A stretch of 64,000 nt of DNA from Eledone cirrhosa (GCA_964016885.1 OZ024744.1:84754001-84818000), one strand, 5' to 3'; shown: positions 1-13,722, counted from the first letter of the stretch. Notes: generated from the sequence alone by a model not told the origin. Numbers and translations: made by a program.

Positions 1-984
1 ACTGGCAACCCCACCAAGGTTTCTTGGTGAGGAGAGTGACTTTGAACATCCTGCAGGACTAAAAACAAAACCTGTCAAAGGGCAAAGGAGCTCTTAAGAG
101 TCAATGGCCATCCAAAATCACCGGGAGAGATGACCCCTTAGCCTTTGTTAAGGCAGAATTCTAGGAGAAGGAAAACTCTGATATAACACCTGCAACCCTG
201 ATGGTATCCAATGATGTTGACTTGTTCTTCTTTTTGGTAAATATCATCTTGGTTAAGAGAGTGGGACTGGCTTTGTGCAGTGCTTTTGCTCACTATAAAA
301 GCTTCACGGCACAGGCATTGCTTTATATCTGGAGATCTCTCTGCACTTGTTGTCACATGGTACCATGGGCCCAGCACTATGTGTCAATAATTGTCACAAG
401 TGTAGTGTTTGTACCAGCGTTTTCAAGTCGTTGGCTGGACTAAAAAGTCACACTCGTTCAGCGCATCGGTAGGAGTTCTCCTACATGGATATAAAGTAGT
501 GGCCGTACTCGAAAACGAGTTGGCAGCCATCATATATGTATGTATGTCAGGGGCGAAGGGTGCGTACATGCGTTGTAGAATCTTGAGTTGATCAATTGCG
601 TCGATTGAAGCAAGCAGAATGTTGGCTGCTTACTAAAACGTATAGACAAAAAAAAATAACACATACACACATACACACAAACACATACACACAAACACAT
701 GCACACAAACACATGACAGCTTTAGGGGCAAGCAGAATTTTGACTGCTTACTAAATCGTAGACACATAAAAAGATAACACACACACACACTAGATAACAC
801 TACATGCGGCTTTGACCGGGAGGGTCATTTAGAGGGAATTGGTGTGTGTCTGTGGGGGTGGGGTAAGGCTGCACAACCCCACTTTCCGCCATGGCGATTG
901 GACTGCATGCCCTGCTTTCCAGGTTACCCTTCGCCACTAATGTATGTATGTATAAATATATATATATGTATGTACATATGTATG

Positions 985-1786
985 TTATTATCTTTGCCCT
1001 AATTTCGAGTACACTTTTGACCGGCCACCTTCCTGGTGGCAAGGTTGTAAAAGAAAATAAATTGTCGTCCTTTCAATCGCAAGAATGTTTTGCGAATGTT
1101 GAAGGTACCAGCTATCGCAGCCATTTGTAGTCTATGAATTAGGGAACAGCGCTCGTTGTCCACAAATCCAAGTTCAGTCATACTTTGGTCCAAGCAGGTA
1201 GGTATATAACCTGTAGCTCCAATAATGATGGGTATTAAGCTGAAGTGTATCTTGGATACTGGATCTGCAAACTCCTCATCAATGATCCGTAGTTGTCCTC
1301 CTTCTCTTGTATTTTTCTTACAACTTTGAGATCAAGTGGGCAGCTGATCTCTACAACAGAGCACGTTTTCAATATGTGGTCCCAAACAACATTATCAGGC
1401 CAGTTGTGCTTTAATTTGGTGGCAGTTTTTATTTTCAGGTTCCACCAATATTCTTTAGTGCCATCTGTCTCAACATATTCCACCTCATTTGCTTTCCTAA
1501 GTGTGGTCCAGGTGGTTCTAGCTATTGCATCGTGTCTCATAGGGAGGTAGTAGCAAGACAACATTATTTCGCAATTAGCAACAATGTGGCTAACATCTTC
1601 GATCTTTGTTTTACATTTATTGTTGACCGATGGCCCTCCTCCTTTGTGCAGCAGATATTTGCATAGAGATATCCTTCAAGGTGGGATGTCATAAACTTGT
1701 CAGAATTCCATGCCAGGCTCTTTGGATGATTTATCCCATCTATGGTCTGTGTTTTTCGTCTCAGATACCCATACACAACTTTCTCT
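985..1786 (-). mobile_element. 5'-truncated, degenerate R4/Dong-like non-LTR retrotransposon (zinc knuckle remnant + RLE endonuclease + 3' UTR), flanked by (TATG)n
   Basis: ORF 1235-1564 has RHDAIA...WPDNVVWD...VVEISCP...QEKEDNY, an RLE-type PD-(D/E)xK signature. The 3' UTR matches the copy at 14268-14582. TATG repeats on both sides. Confidence 0.8.
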
Positions 1787-1924
1787 GTATGTATGTATGT
1801 AAGTATATATGCATGTATGTATGTTCTTCTGGTTTCACAAATGTTTGCCAATAGAGAGAGCTGGTTGCTTACATAGATAGAAGACTCTCTCATTGGAATT
1901 TACACAACGTCTTCTAGGTAGATA

Positions 1925-4480
1925 TGCATGCATGTCTGCATGCATGCATGTGTAGGTATGGATGTTATTGTATGTGTGGATGTGCATGTTTTGAGTTATA
2001 TGTGTGCATGTGTATACGTTTTGTATCCGTACATTTGTATATGCAGTTATTAGATGCAAAATATTTGGAATGTTTTACATATTTTTACTGTTCCAATGAT
2101 GGATTGAACTTGTAATTTCCTAACTAGTTGTGTTCTTTCTGTTCCTGTGAAGCCTAGCTTCTCAAGATTTTTATTGAGGCAGTTACTGACATACCCCAGT
2201 GCCCCAATATCACAGGCATAAATCTGAAGGTATAATCAGGGTGGAGTATCTGCAGATTTCTCATCAGTTCTGCATAAATATTCTCCTTTTCGCTAATCTT
2301 TGATATTATATTGGCATCTGCTGGGCAGCTAACTTGCACTATTGTGCATGGCTTCTTTTCCTTGTCCCATATCATAATATCTGGTCTGTTATGACTGCAT
2401 TTTATTGGGGTTTTTACTGGAAAATTCCACCAGTACTCTTTCATATTATGTACGTGGATGTCTTCCACTTTGCTGTAGCTTTTAATGTGTTTATTATCGG
2501 GGCTATCTTTTCTACGGATTGCAATGTACAGTGTTTTGGCCACTACATCATGCCTCATAGGTAGATATTACCGCGCTGACATCTTTGGACAACTGCTGAT
2601 AACATGGGTGATAGCCTCGATGTGAGTTCTGCGGAGTCTGCACTTGTTATCACATCTAGGTGTTTTGCCTGCATCCCTATCTCTTTGTGAATCAGGTATT
2701 TCGTATTGATTTCCTGTTCTTGGATTGCAAAAGCGTATCCTTCAAAGTGGGAGTCAATATAGCGGTTGTTGGTCCAAGATAGACTACTTTCCTTATCTAT
2801 ATTACTCTCACTCTGGAGCTTCCTGGCAACATATCCATGCATGATTTTTTGCTAATAAGCATGCAGTTTTTTCATCCATGGATTCACTGCGATGCTGCTG
2901 AGCGACTTCCCTGGATGTGAGTTTTTGATTATCACACAGGGAATATCTCTCGAGGAGTTCCTTCCCAATTCTCATGAACTTATCTGTTTCATGCAGATAG
3001 ACTTGCTCAAGAAACGGGCTCCTACGCTTCGAGGTTCGTAGATGTTGTCGGAGAGATATGATGCGACATTCAAATGTTGTCTGGACTGATGTTAGGCCTC
3101 TGCCTCCCTGCTTACGTTTCAAGTAAAGGCGGTCTATGTCTTATTGATGTGGAAGTTTCCGGTGTTGTTTAGTAATTTTCGAGTTCCAACATCAACTGCT
3201 CGGTTTTCGTCTATCGTCCAATTGAGTATTCCAAAAGTTGGTGTTAGGACAGGTACAGCAAACACATTGTGAACCACTGTTTTGTTTTGCGCAGAGAGTT
3301 CCGATGACCAGATCTTTCTTAATTGGGTGTAGTATTCCCTGGTTACGCGTTCTTTATTACAGATATCATTATAGGATATGTTCTCATCTATCCCCAGGTA
3401 TCTGTAGCAGTCCTCATCAGATATCGGTGAAACAGTTAGGCCATTGATGACAATGTTGCTAGATTGAGTTGTTGTTTTTCCCCACTTTACAGTCATGTAT
3501 GAGCATTTATCTTGGCCAAACTCCATTCCTATATCCTTTGAGAACGTTGTAACCAGGTCAAGATTTTTCTTCATCCCATCCATGTTCTTGGCATAGAGTT
3601 TCAGATCGTCTACAAAGAAATTATGGGTTAGGTTCGTATTTCTGTCCTCCTGTGAGCCAATGATGTATCCCTCACATTTCTTGAGCCGAAAGGACAAGGG
3701 GTTTAATGACAAGATGAATAATATCACAGAGAGCCTGTCCCCCTGAAATATACCACTGCAATCTTTTATTTTATCAGTAAAAATAGAGTCCTTCCTCTCT
3801 GTCTTTAACCTTAGGATAGTAGCCCAAGAAGAAGACAGCCTCTCTATTGCTCTGACAATAATGTCTGGGACTTTAGCAAGTTGGAGGGCCTCTATCATCC
3901 AAGAGTGGGGAACAGAATCGAAAGCTTTCCTGTAGTCCAGCCAGACTGTAGCCATATTCCTTCTAAGTTGTCGCACGTCCGACATCGCAGTTTTGTTGAT
4001 TAGAAGTTGTTCAGCACATCCCCAAACCCCTTTCTTTCCAGCTGCTTGTTCATCTGTGATGATGTTATTATTTTCACAGTGATCTTGGAGGAATAGGTTC
4101 AGGCAGCCTGTATACATCTTATACATCAGGTTCTGGCAGGCAATGGGTCGGTAGTTTTTTGCCAAGTGGGTGTCTTTGTTCTTGGGGACCAGTAATGTTT
4201 GTGCTAATGTCAACCATTCTGGTATAAGTGTATCTCCCTTAAGAACTTGTTGGTAGAGGTCAGTAAGATACCTCCGATAGAATATCAGTTTTTTGTACCA
4301 GTAGCCGACAATCATGTCTCTTCCTGGTGTTTTCCTATCACAGTCTCAAGGGTACCCTCACTTATTTCGTATGTTTTTTATGTAGTGTAGGAGCAATAGT
4401 TCTTTCGGATTTCTCTTAGCCACATTGCATCTTGGTTGAAATTCTTCTTTTCAACCCATATTTTGCTCCAAAGAGAAACT
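1925..4480 (-). mobile_element. Frameshifted R4/Dong-like non-LTR retrotransposon (RT + RLE)
   Basis: RT motifs in 3134-4315: YRPIAC, WLDYRKAFDSVPH, GIFQGD, FFVDD, YRYLG. GGRGL thumb in 2808-3122. RHD...RPDIMIWD...VSCP...EKENIY RLE in 2154-2558. Confidence 0.9.
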
Positions 4481-4489
4481 ATGTCTTTC

Positions 4490-6865
4490 TGTAGTTCGGA
4501 TATGTTTCTCTTTTTTGGGGGATTGTAAGGATGTAGTTTGGTTAGGTTGAAGGTTCAATGAAATAGGTAATATATTAGGTTTATTGTGAGAATTAAGATA
4601 TGAGATCTTATTATTAACCGCTTTTTAAAGAGTGGTGGAGTTAGGTGTTTTCGTATGGTTTGTAGTAATATTATTTGGTAAGTTATAGAAATATTCGGAA
4701 TTGTTAGGATTGATGATTTTTAGAGAATTTGTGTCATTCGTGTTAATGTGGATATTGGGAGTAATGGTAGGATCTAGGTGTTTCGGTGTTTCTTTGCTGG
4801 CACTAACTTTTTGGTGTTTTCTACGGTGTGTGTTGCTTATGCTTGGCTGTATGCTAGGGGTATTCATGGTGTTAGGTATGTAAAATATTTTACCTTTGTA
4901 GCCACTTCTAGTTAAAGCCTCATTATAATAAGTTGCATTTTTATAGAATATTTCTTCATTAGATGATAATTTAGATAGTCTGAGTGAGATATTGTACACT
5001 ATATTTTTTAGTATGGAACTAAGTTGGTTAGATAGTGAGTGTATATAATGGAGGTTTTGGTTTGGTTTGTGGTAGGGTTGGTAAGCGCCTGTTGATAGGT
5101 CTAAAGATATGTCGAGGAAATTGACCACTTTAGTGCTATTTTCAAAAGTAATGGTTAGATTATAGTAATCTTTGAGGAATTTCCTAATTTGCTTTTTATT
5201 TCTCTCAATTGCTGAGAGACTAAGATTGTTAGATAGAAGAAGACAGTCATTGCGATATAGACCACCTTTGAGGTGGGAAAAAGAGGAATTTAAATTATAT
5301 AGGAGGAAGAGGCCCACAAGGTCCGTTAATAATTGTAAAAAGAGGAATATTAAATATAACCTTACTTGGAAGATTCTTAAGAGAGCCATTTCTTATCAGG
5401 GCAATAGAAGGGAGTGTGGACTGTGTTCCCAAGAAATATTTGAAATTACTAAATCGAAGGACACTCTATTAAATAAAAGACAAGAATTAATTATAGTATG
5501 TAACCATAATATTAGAAGGACATTCAAATATAAATACAACTAAACAAATATAGAAAATGATATAGGAGAAAAAATGTGTGAGTATGTGTGTGTGTGAATA
5601 TGTATATGTGTGTGCGTATATGTATGTGTATGCATAAGTGTATGCCTATATATATGCATGTGTGTGTGTGTACATGTATAGGTGTGTGTGTATATAGTAT
5701 GTGTATGTGTGTGTGCATGTATATATGTGTATGAATGTGTATCTATGTACATGTGTGTATATATATATGTGTATATATATGCGTATGTATATCTATATAT
5801 CTATCTATATATATTTTTTTTTTCTGCTATTAGAATTAATCCATGGATTAAATACTATATCTCATCCCTATAACTGTTTTAAGTAATTAACTATAATTTA
5901 GCACTATATATTACATTATTTTCAATAATCTAACAACATTTTAACTGAATCCATTTAAATCTCCTTTTTTTTTTTTTTTTTTTAAACCCAGATTGTTAAT
6001 GTAGATTCTTATTCGAAAATATAATTCCCTACAGGGAAAACTTTATTCTAACCACTCTAACACAATACAATACTTACACAAACTTTGGTATTTCTTACCT
6101 ATATAATATTTTATCTAAATTTTACTTCCATTTGGTTCCATTTATATTCCTCTACATATTATTATATATTTTTAGAACAAATTATTCCTCACAACAAAGA
6201 AATAACAATCATTTTAAGATTGTTCTATACTATTCTACTTGATGTAACACACTAATCTCAGTACCCCTTTTCCTCCAACCGTAATATTCTTTGACCATCA
6301 ACACTTTTATATACAATATGACTAAACTCATTTACACTAACAACTCTCATTTCTTTTCTTAAAAGTCATGTGATACCTCATCCCCTGACGGCTTATTTAT
6401 TCATCTACTACTACCAACTTAAGGATCTATACTGCCCCTTCCTATTCTTACTATTGGTCAACTTCAACCTGGTTATAAAACGTTACTTATTCATATGTAT
6501 GTTTTTTTGTATTCTTCAATAAACAAAACTCATTATTTCTGAAGACGGCGGGCATTTTTTCTAACGGTGTATTTTTTCTTACTATGATAATTTGTAATAT
6601 ATTTTACATAGATCAATAATTGAATGGACATACGGGGAACTACCCCCCCCCCCCAGAAACGATCGTAAAATAATGAGTTTTACTATGAATTAACCGTTTT
6701 TTTGTTTAATTTCATTGTTTTAATATTTCTATTTTTGACTCTGTATCCAATGAATTATATCGTTGAAAATTTTGTATTTTAAACTTAGCTTCACGACATC
6801 GACATACGGATTACATTCAGTTCTTCATACGGTTTAGACCCTACCATTGATTGGTAGATTTATCT
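4490..6865. mobile_element. Penelope-like element remnant with internal inversion (RT part on -, GIY-YIG C-terminus, 3' UTR and HHR on +); possibly Hydra-clade-like
   Basis: Minus ORF 4625-5389: GLYRND (YRDD), VNFLDISLDL, YHKPN, EALTRSGY. Plus ~5330-5543: LTWKIL...Y...CGLCSQE...LLNKRQE...CNH. HHR at 6526-6680. Confidence 0.75.
6526..6680 (+). ncRNA. Type I hammerhead ribozyme with ~110-nt stem II insert
   Basis: 13-bp stem I AAACTCATTATTT/AAATAATGAGTTT; CTGAAGA at 6539; GAAAC-GATC-GTA at 6656-6667. Confidence 0.75.
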
Positions 6866-6907
6866 GTATATATACACCCTCGGAACTCTCTTCCTAACCT
6901 ATTTATC

Positions 6908-6938
6908 CTGAAGAAGGGCTTATACTGCCCAAAACGTC
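6908..6938 (+). ncRNA. Degenerate minimal HHR in 5' pseudo-LTR (GAAA->AAAA)
   Basis: CTGAAGA-A-GGGC-ttatact-GCCC-AAAA-CGTC. The homologous site at 55701-55728 retains GAAAC. Confidence 0.55.
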
Positions 6939-9900
6939 CCCCCCCCCCCCCACTCTCAAAAGCGTGAACCTAATAAACCTTTATTTGTCTGCCTCTCTGT
7001 TTTGTTCCCGTATAAATTTGCACTATACTATACACGCTTACACGGCCCCACACCACCTTGGAATACCACCTTTACTACCGGCTCAATCCCGACTTAATCC
7101 GTCGTGACCACCCTCTGAACTCTCCCCACACTCCCCCACAACCTTTTCTTTGCTTGTTATTTTTTCCTATTTGTTCCTATTTTTTCCTTTTTTTCCTATT
7201 CTTTGCATTATTCATTGATTTATTTACTGTAATTTTTTTCCTGCTTTTGAATTTTTGTTTATGTTTTTTCCATGATATCCTGTGTTCATCTCTGATTACG
7301 ATTTTTTTGTATTTTTGTCCTTGCTTTCAAGTGAATACGATATATTTTTTTTATTATTTTGTTATTGTTTTTGTTTTTTTGTTTGATTTTCGCTCCACCA
7401 TTTCTGCCTACCCCTTCGCCCCCCCCCCCCCGCATCAAACACTTCCCTTCGCCTCTCTCTCCCCCCGGCTTTTACTCCACGCCCATCATACCCAGCCTGA
7501 GATCCTTTCTCCACCAACTCCACACCTCAAACTTTTCCTCACCCCCTCCTCCCACCCTGCTATCTCCCCTCTGCCCTGCAACTCTCCTACCTTCTCTTCG
7601 CCAAAAACCCGGCATTCCAACCACATCCATTTTCTCAGCCGCTGCCTCCACCTCCACCTCATCCTCTTTGGCTTCCAACTACACTTCCACACCTCCCCCT
7701 CCACCCAACGTATCCTCACCCGATCCTCGCGCCTCCTAATGCGCAACTCCATCCGCTCCTCCCTCTCCACCATCCGCAACCTTGACCACAAACTCACCCC
7801 CACCCTCCTCCACCTTAACTCCGCATGCCACTCCTTCCTCTCCCACTCCATCTTCCTCTTCATCCAAAACCTCAACCACGACCTCTTCTCCTTCCTCACC
7901 TCCACCAAAGCCCTTAAGCTACACCCCCCCCCTCCATCCCCGTGACACCCCCCCCCCCCGTGCCCCCCCTACGCTCCCCTCCACGCCTCACAACCCTACA
8001 CCGTATCCAACCTCCACCGCACCCCCCACCACACTCTACCCACCACAAACCGAACCCACCCCACCCCCCCGCTTGTCGTCACCATACCCCTTGCCCTCCC
8101 CTTCTCCGCACCTGAGCGCTCACTCCTCAGTAGAGGCCTTCGCTTCATACCCCACACTCCGCACAGCGATGAGTTCCGCACCCGAACGGAAGTCGAACGA
8201 TTCGTGCGACGCACGAAACTACAGGCACATTTCCATCTAACACCACCGGCTCCGAACGCCCCAGAGCCGTTTCTCGCCCTGAGCCGCCGACCATCGTCTT
8301 GGACGCCGGCATCAGGGCAATTTAGCACTCTGGACACGTCCGTTGACGCCTGCCGTAGCGCAGTAAATCGCTTCGACACCCCTCTACCAACAACAAGTTT
8401 CCTTCACCATCAAACACCTTGTCTCCTACTCCCTCCCACAGCTTCCCACCTCATCGTCCGCACCCCCCGCACCCTACTATCTACTTCCTACCCAAACTCC
8501 ACAAACCTGACAACCCCGGCCGCCCCATCGTCTCTGCTTGCAACTGCCCCACTGAACTCATCTCCGCCTTTCTTGAAACCATCCTTGCCCCCCCCCCCTC
8601 GTCACCACCCTCCCCTCTCACATCTCCGGCACCAACCACGCCCTTCGCCTGTTCGACTCCTTCACTTTCCCACCCGGCCAACATCACCTTCTCTTCACCC
8701 TAGATATCCAGTCCCTCTATACTGTCATCCCCCACGCCGACGGCCTTCGTGCCCTCCTCCATCACCTCCACCCACCCTCCTTCGCCTCGTCGAGCTGGTC
8801 CTCACCCTCAACTGCTTCTCCTTCTCGGGTGAGTTTTACCAACAGGTCACGGGGATAGCCATGGGCACAAGAATGGGCCCAAACTATGCCAACCTTTTCG
8901 TTGGCCATGTTGAGGCCCAAATCTTTGCCCAGTACACCGGCTCCACGCTCGAACTGTACGGTCGTTACATCGACGACTATATCGAAGCCTCGACCCTCAC
9001 CCGAGAACAGCTGGACTCCTCCTTTCTCTCCTTCTTCTGCTCCTTCCACCCCTCCCTCCACTTCACCACCTCTATCTCCACCACCCACGTCCACTTCTTA
9101 GACATCTCCATCGCCATCGACTCCTCCCACCTCTCCCTCATCACCTGCGCCTACTTCAAACCCACCAACTCCCACTCCTACCTTGACTTCACATCCCCCC
9201 ACCTCACACACACACTAAACACTCTATTCCCTACTCCCAACTCCTCAGGATCCGCCGCCTCTGCAGCCGAGATGCTGACTTTGAGTCCCAAGCCCTTTCC
9301 TTTCCCTAGTCAGCCATTTCATCCGGCGAGGTTACCCCCCCCCCCCCCTCGTCCACACCGCCCTCACTCGCGCCAGTGCTGTCCACCGGTCCACCGCCCA
9401 CACCCCACGCCACCGCACACCCACCCACCGTCTCCCCTTCCCCATCACCTACCACTCATCTACCCTACCCCTCCACCGCACCATCCTCCTCCTCTTCCGA
9501 CGCCTCCAGTCCAACCCCTCCACTTCCCCCATCTTCCCATCCCCACCCCTCCCCTCCTTCAAACGCGCACGCAATCTCCGCACTCTCCTCGTCCACAGCT
9601 CCCTACCCCCAATCCGCGCTCTTCCTCTCCCCCGCCCCGGTTCACTTCCCTGCTCCAGGCCTCGTTGACACACCTGCCCCCACATCACCAACACCACCAC
9701 CTTCCATGGTCCCAACGGCCACTCTCTCTCTGTCCGGCACGCCTTCTGCTGCACCTCCTCCAACTTAGTCTATAGACTTCAACCTACGTCGGACAGACTG
9801 GACGTCGCCTGGCGGACCGTTTCATGGAACACCTCCGGGATATTCGCCTCGACGGGAGTTCCCCGATCGCCCGCCACTTTCGCTCCCCTGGACACTCCGC

Positions 9901-10549
9901 CCACCGCCTCACAGTCTGTGGCCTACTCCAATGCCATGGAACACCCGCCACCCGTCTCACGGTCGAACAACGCACCATCTTCACCCTACAGACCCACACA
10001 CACCCCCCGGCCTGAATTCCCCACCCCTATTCCTTTAGCCCTACAATACTAACACCCCCCCCCTAACACGCACACACCCACCTAAACATATATACACGTA
10101 CTCACACTATCCACACACCCTACTACCACCACTAACCCTCACCCACACATCCACTCCGACCACCACCAACATTGGATTCCACACCACCGGACACTTCTCC
10201 AGCCATCCACTCCATACCATGGAAAATATCCTCTGGAACTTAACCAGGAACTTACCCACGGACATACACTCACATTTTTTTTCGCACTACGTCACCCACA
10301 TTCACACCACATATAAACACAAACACACACGTGCGCACCCCCACTTATTTACACTCTCAACCTCCGGAATCCAGAACATGGAACCTCGTCCTTCTTCTCA
10401 CATACATACACACACACACACTCACATACACAAACACCACCTTCAGCCTTCCCCGTTTCGACTCCCCGCCTCCCTCGTCCAACTCCACCCGACACCACCC
10501 TTACACGCCTCACACCCTTCCATCACTTGCTCATCTTATTGTTAATTCT

Positions 10550-10702
10550 TATGTTTATTTTTACGTTTATTTTTATTTTTATTTTTATTTTTATTTTTAC
10601 TTTTATTTTTATTTTTATTTTTATTTTTATTTTTATTTTTATTTTTATTTTTATTTTTATTTTTATTTTTATTTTTATTTTTATTTTTATTTTTATTTTT
10701 AT
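10550..10702 (+). repeat. (TTTTTA)n hexamer repeat in PLE 3' UTR
   Basis: Direct reading. Confidence 0.95.
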
Positions 10703-10774
10703 TTGTTCTCCTTCCCCCTTTTTTCTAAATGTATTTCCACACACCCTCGGAACTCTCTTCCTAACCTATTTATC

Positions 10775-10802
10775 CTGAAGAAGGGCTTATGCCCAAAACG
10801 CC
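10775..10802 (+). ncRNA. Degenerate minimal HHR in 3' pseudo-LTR
   Basis: CTGAAGA-A-GGGC-ttat-GCCC-AAAA-CGCC. Confidence 0.5.
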
Positions 10803-11662
10803 CCCCCCCCCTCACGCTCAAAAGCGTGAACCTAATAAACCTTTATTTGTCTGCCCCTCTGTTTTGTTCCCGTATAAATTTGCACTACTATATATATAAG
10901 TAGAAGGGGTATTTAATTTGTTGGGAATCCGACAAATATAAATATAAATGTTTATAACTGATTTAAAGCACTCAACAGTATTCTGGAGTAAATATTCAAT
11001 GATATTAAATTTTCTTTTAATTTTCTCAAACATTTTTTCAAGGTTTTTTAATATATTTTAAAAGTTTTTCAATATTTTTTCAATATTTTTTCAATATTTT
11101 TTCAATATTTTCAATATTTTTTCAATATTTTCTCAATATTTTTTCAATAGATTAATAACCACTCACTGATTCTGGCTAAATGTATATTAAACATCCATAC
11201 TTACTTTGACTAAATAGTCTCACACTAACAAATAAATAAATAAAACCGGAGTTTTTTCCTTATCTTCCCTTTTCAATCATATAAATATAAATATTCTTAC
11301 TTAACTCAGTTAATTTAATTTAATTTAATTTAATTTAATTTTAAATCATTCTCAATTTTAAATACATATTTATTTACATAAAATACAAAACCAATTTCCC
11401 TCATAACTCCTTAGAACAACTATCTATAACATGATATACCCATCTATTTATTTATTCATTTATTTATCTACTTATAAACGAATGAAAAATAATATATTAT
11501 AAACAAATTGTAAACAACAAATAATCGTAAAATATCCTTTTAATATCAATACACATATTAAGATATATATTTACATATATACATAGATAATTGTTCGAAT
11601 ATATTTCCCTCAAATTAACGTTATATGAGTTTTTTTTATTCATCTTCGCTTTTTTTCTTTCT

Positions 11663-11738
<76 letters not shown>

Positions 11739-11933
11739 TTTTGTCCTTCTCTTCTCTCTTCTCTCTCTCCATAGTCGTTTAAATAAACGGTTGTTTTTCA
11801 ATTATTTACATATTCATTTGCATATTCACCCAAAAGCTTGAAAAATCCCTAATACATTTCCACTATCCAGAGAATATCCAACTGATAAGGTATGATTTTC
11901 CTGGGTATGTCTCTATTTATAAAACAAACATTG

Positions 11934-11996
11934 TATTTTATCTGAAGAAAGTGTACCAAAGTCTTTTGGTACCCTTGAAATATATATAATAAAATA
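11934..11996 (+). ncRNA. Type I HHR in an AT-rich non-coding PLE-like end
   Basis: Stem I TATTTTAT/ATAAAATA; CTGAAGA; stem II GTACCAAA/TTTGGTAC; GAAA-TATATA-TA. Related motif at 53306-53365. Confidence 0.75.
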
Positions 11997-12055
11997 AATA
12001 TGGTTTTATAAATATAGTTTCCATTTATTTAATATCATTGTATATATATATATAT

Positions 12056-12154
12056 ATGAAAAGAGTACTGACTCTTTTCATATTACCCACTCTACTACCC
12101 CAAGAGTACTCTGGTGCGTTATGGTCCACCTGGTATCTTTACACAACCTCTTTG

Positions 12155-12155
<1 letters not shown>
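12056..12155 (+). mobile_element. Family A fold-back element in (TA)n (short hairpin + ~75-nt tail)
   Basis: ATGAAAAGAGT-actg-ACTCTTTTCAT hairpin, then the shared tail TACCCACTCTAC...GCGTTATGGTCCACC. Confidence 0.7.
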
Positions 12156-12221
<66 letters not shown>

Positions 12222-12222
<1 letters not shown>

Positions 12223-12356
12223 CGAAGGAAATGTGGTAAGGAACCAGGTGGACCATAACGCACCAAAGTACTCAATACTTAGGGTAGTAGAGTGGGTAAT
12301 AGGAGCGTGTAGGACCCCGACGGCTGAGCTCAGCCGTCGGGGTCCTACTCGTTCCT
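12222..12356 (-). mobile_element. Family A fold-back element in (TA)n
   Basis: Shared tail plus the hairpin GTAGGACCCCGACGGCTGAG|CTCAGCCGTCGGGGTCCTAC. Confidence 0.75.
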
Positions 12357-12369
12357 ATATATATATATA

Positions 12370-12466
<97 letters not shown>

Positions 12467-12752
12467 GTGTGTGTGCATGTGTGTGTAAACAGATCACAAA
12501 AAAAAAACAAGAAGCGGTTCCAATTAATTACTTTTAATAATTAATCCATAAACAATAATATGCAAAATAAAAATACCAAAAAAAAAGATAAAAAAAAACG
12601 AATAAAGCTTTGATGACAACGAGGCTATAATTAAAGAAAAATAATGAAAAATTCTACATATTTGTATATATTATGTATGTATTATGTATATGTGCATATA
12701 TATATAAATTCCATCCCGCCCGTCCCCTCAATCTATTTTATTTCTCATTCTT

Positions 12753-12788
12753 TCTTCTGATGAAGGACTAGCGTCCGAAACGTTAAGA
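12753..12788 (+). ncRNA. Minimal type I HHR with canonical core
   Basis: TCTT-CTGATGA-A-GGAC-tagc-GTCC-GAAAC-GTT-AAGA. Confidence 0.85.
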
Positions 12789-12869
12789 CCTTTTTCATGC
12801 TATATTAAGCGTTAACTTAATATATACCTTCCATATACTGTACCGGTTGTATTGTTATTTCTGTTTACC

Positions 12870-13010
<141 letters not shown>

Positions 13011-13016
13011 AACACA

Positions 13017-13059
<43 letters not shown>

Positions 13060-13062
<3 letters not shown>

Positions 13063-13722
13063 GAAGGTGTTGTGGTAAGGAACCATAACGCACCAGAGTA
13101 CTCAATACTTAGGGTAGTAGAGTTGGTAATAGCAAAAAGTATGACCTCGACTGCAGAGCTCAAGCCGCTTCGACGGCTATTTCTGGACTAAATTAGAATT
13201 TTTAGTCTGGTATATAAATAGCCGAACTTTTCAATGGGTACTTCCTTATATGGGAAGATTGTAGTTGACAAGAGGATTGGTCAACATTTGTTGTAAACAC
13301 AAATAAGTCTATCATGGCAGTGTGTGGAAGGTGGAGTGGCTGAACTTGCCTGTAAAACAATGAGGGAGTGGGTGGAGCCGGTCAAGCGTTGAAAGTGAAA
13401 TCTATACGGCAAATTCTAAGGATTGTGTATGAAAGTAGGAGGTAGGCGAAAAATGGTTTCTGGAGAAAATAGAGGAGGGACGTTATAGAATGGGTAAATC
13501 AATTGAGATTAGGAGACAATAAAAAAAATAATAGAAAAATAAGAGAAAGATATATAAAAATATAAAATAGTGAGAAGTGATAAAAAACAAAAACTATAGA
13601 GTCTAAAACAGCTGCTATATTTAGTTGGTGTTGCTTTTTCTGCCAATGCTATACAATGAGTTGAGAATAGAAGATACTAAATAAGAAGAAACAGCTTGAG
13701 CTCTGCCGTCGGGGTCATACTT

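Larger units (their letters stand above)
6874..10888 (+). mobile_element. Near full-length degenerate Penelope-like element (Neptune-like) with direct pseudo-LTRs
   Basis: Direct repeats ~6874-7028 and ~10741-10888. RT motifs YFLPKLHK, GRPIVS, GIAMGTRMGPNYANLF, GRYIDD, FLDI, FKPTNSHSYL. GIY-YIG part YVGQTGRRLADRFMEH...PIARHF (9785-10015). Confidence 0.9.

Noticed and set aside
1-460. Possible RTE 5' UTR (CTAGGAGAAGGAAAACTCTG)
   Set aside because: Short resemblance from memory only, no coding evidence, truncated at the window edge.
800-940. Possible HDV-like ribozyme on the minus strand (GTGGCGA/TCGCCAT followed by GG) at a putative R4 element 5' end
   Set aside because: Only P1 fits; P3/L3, P2 and J4/2 could not be assigned.
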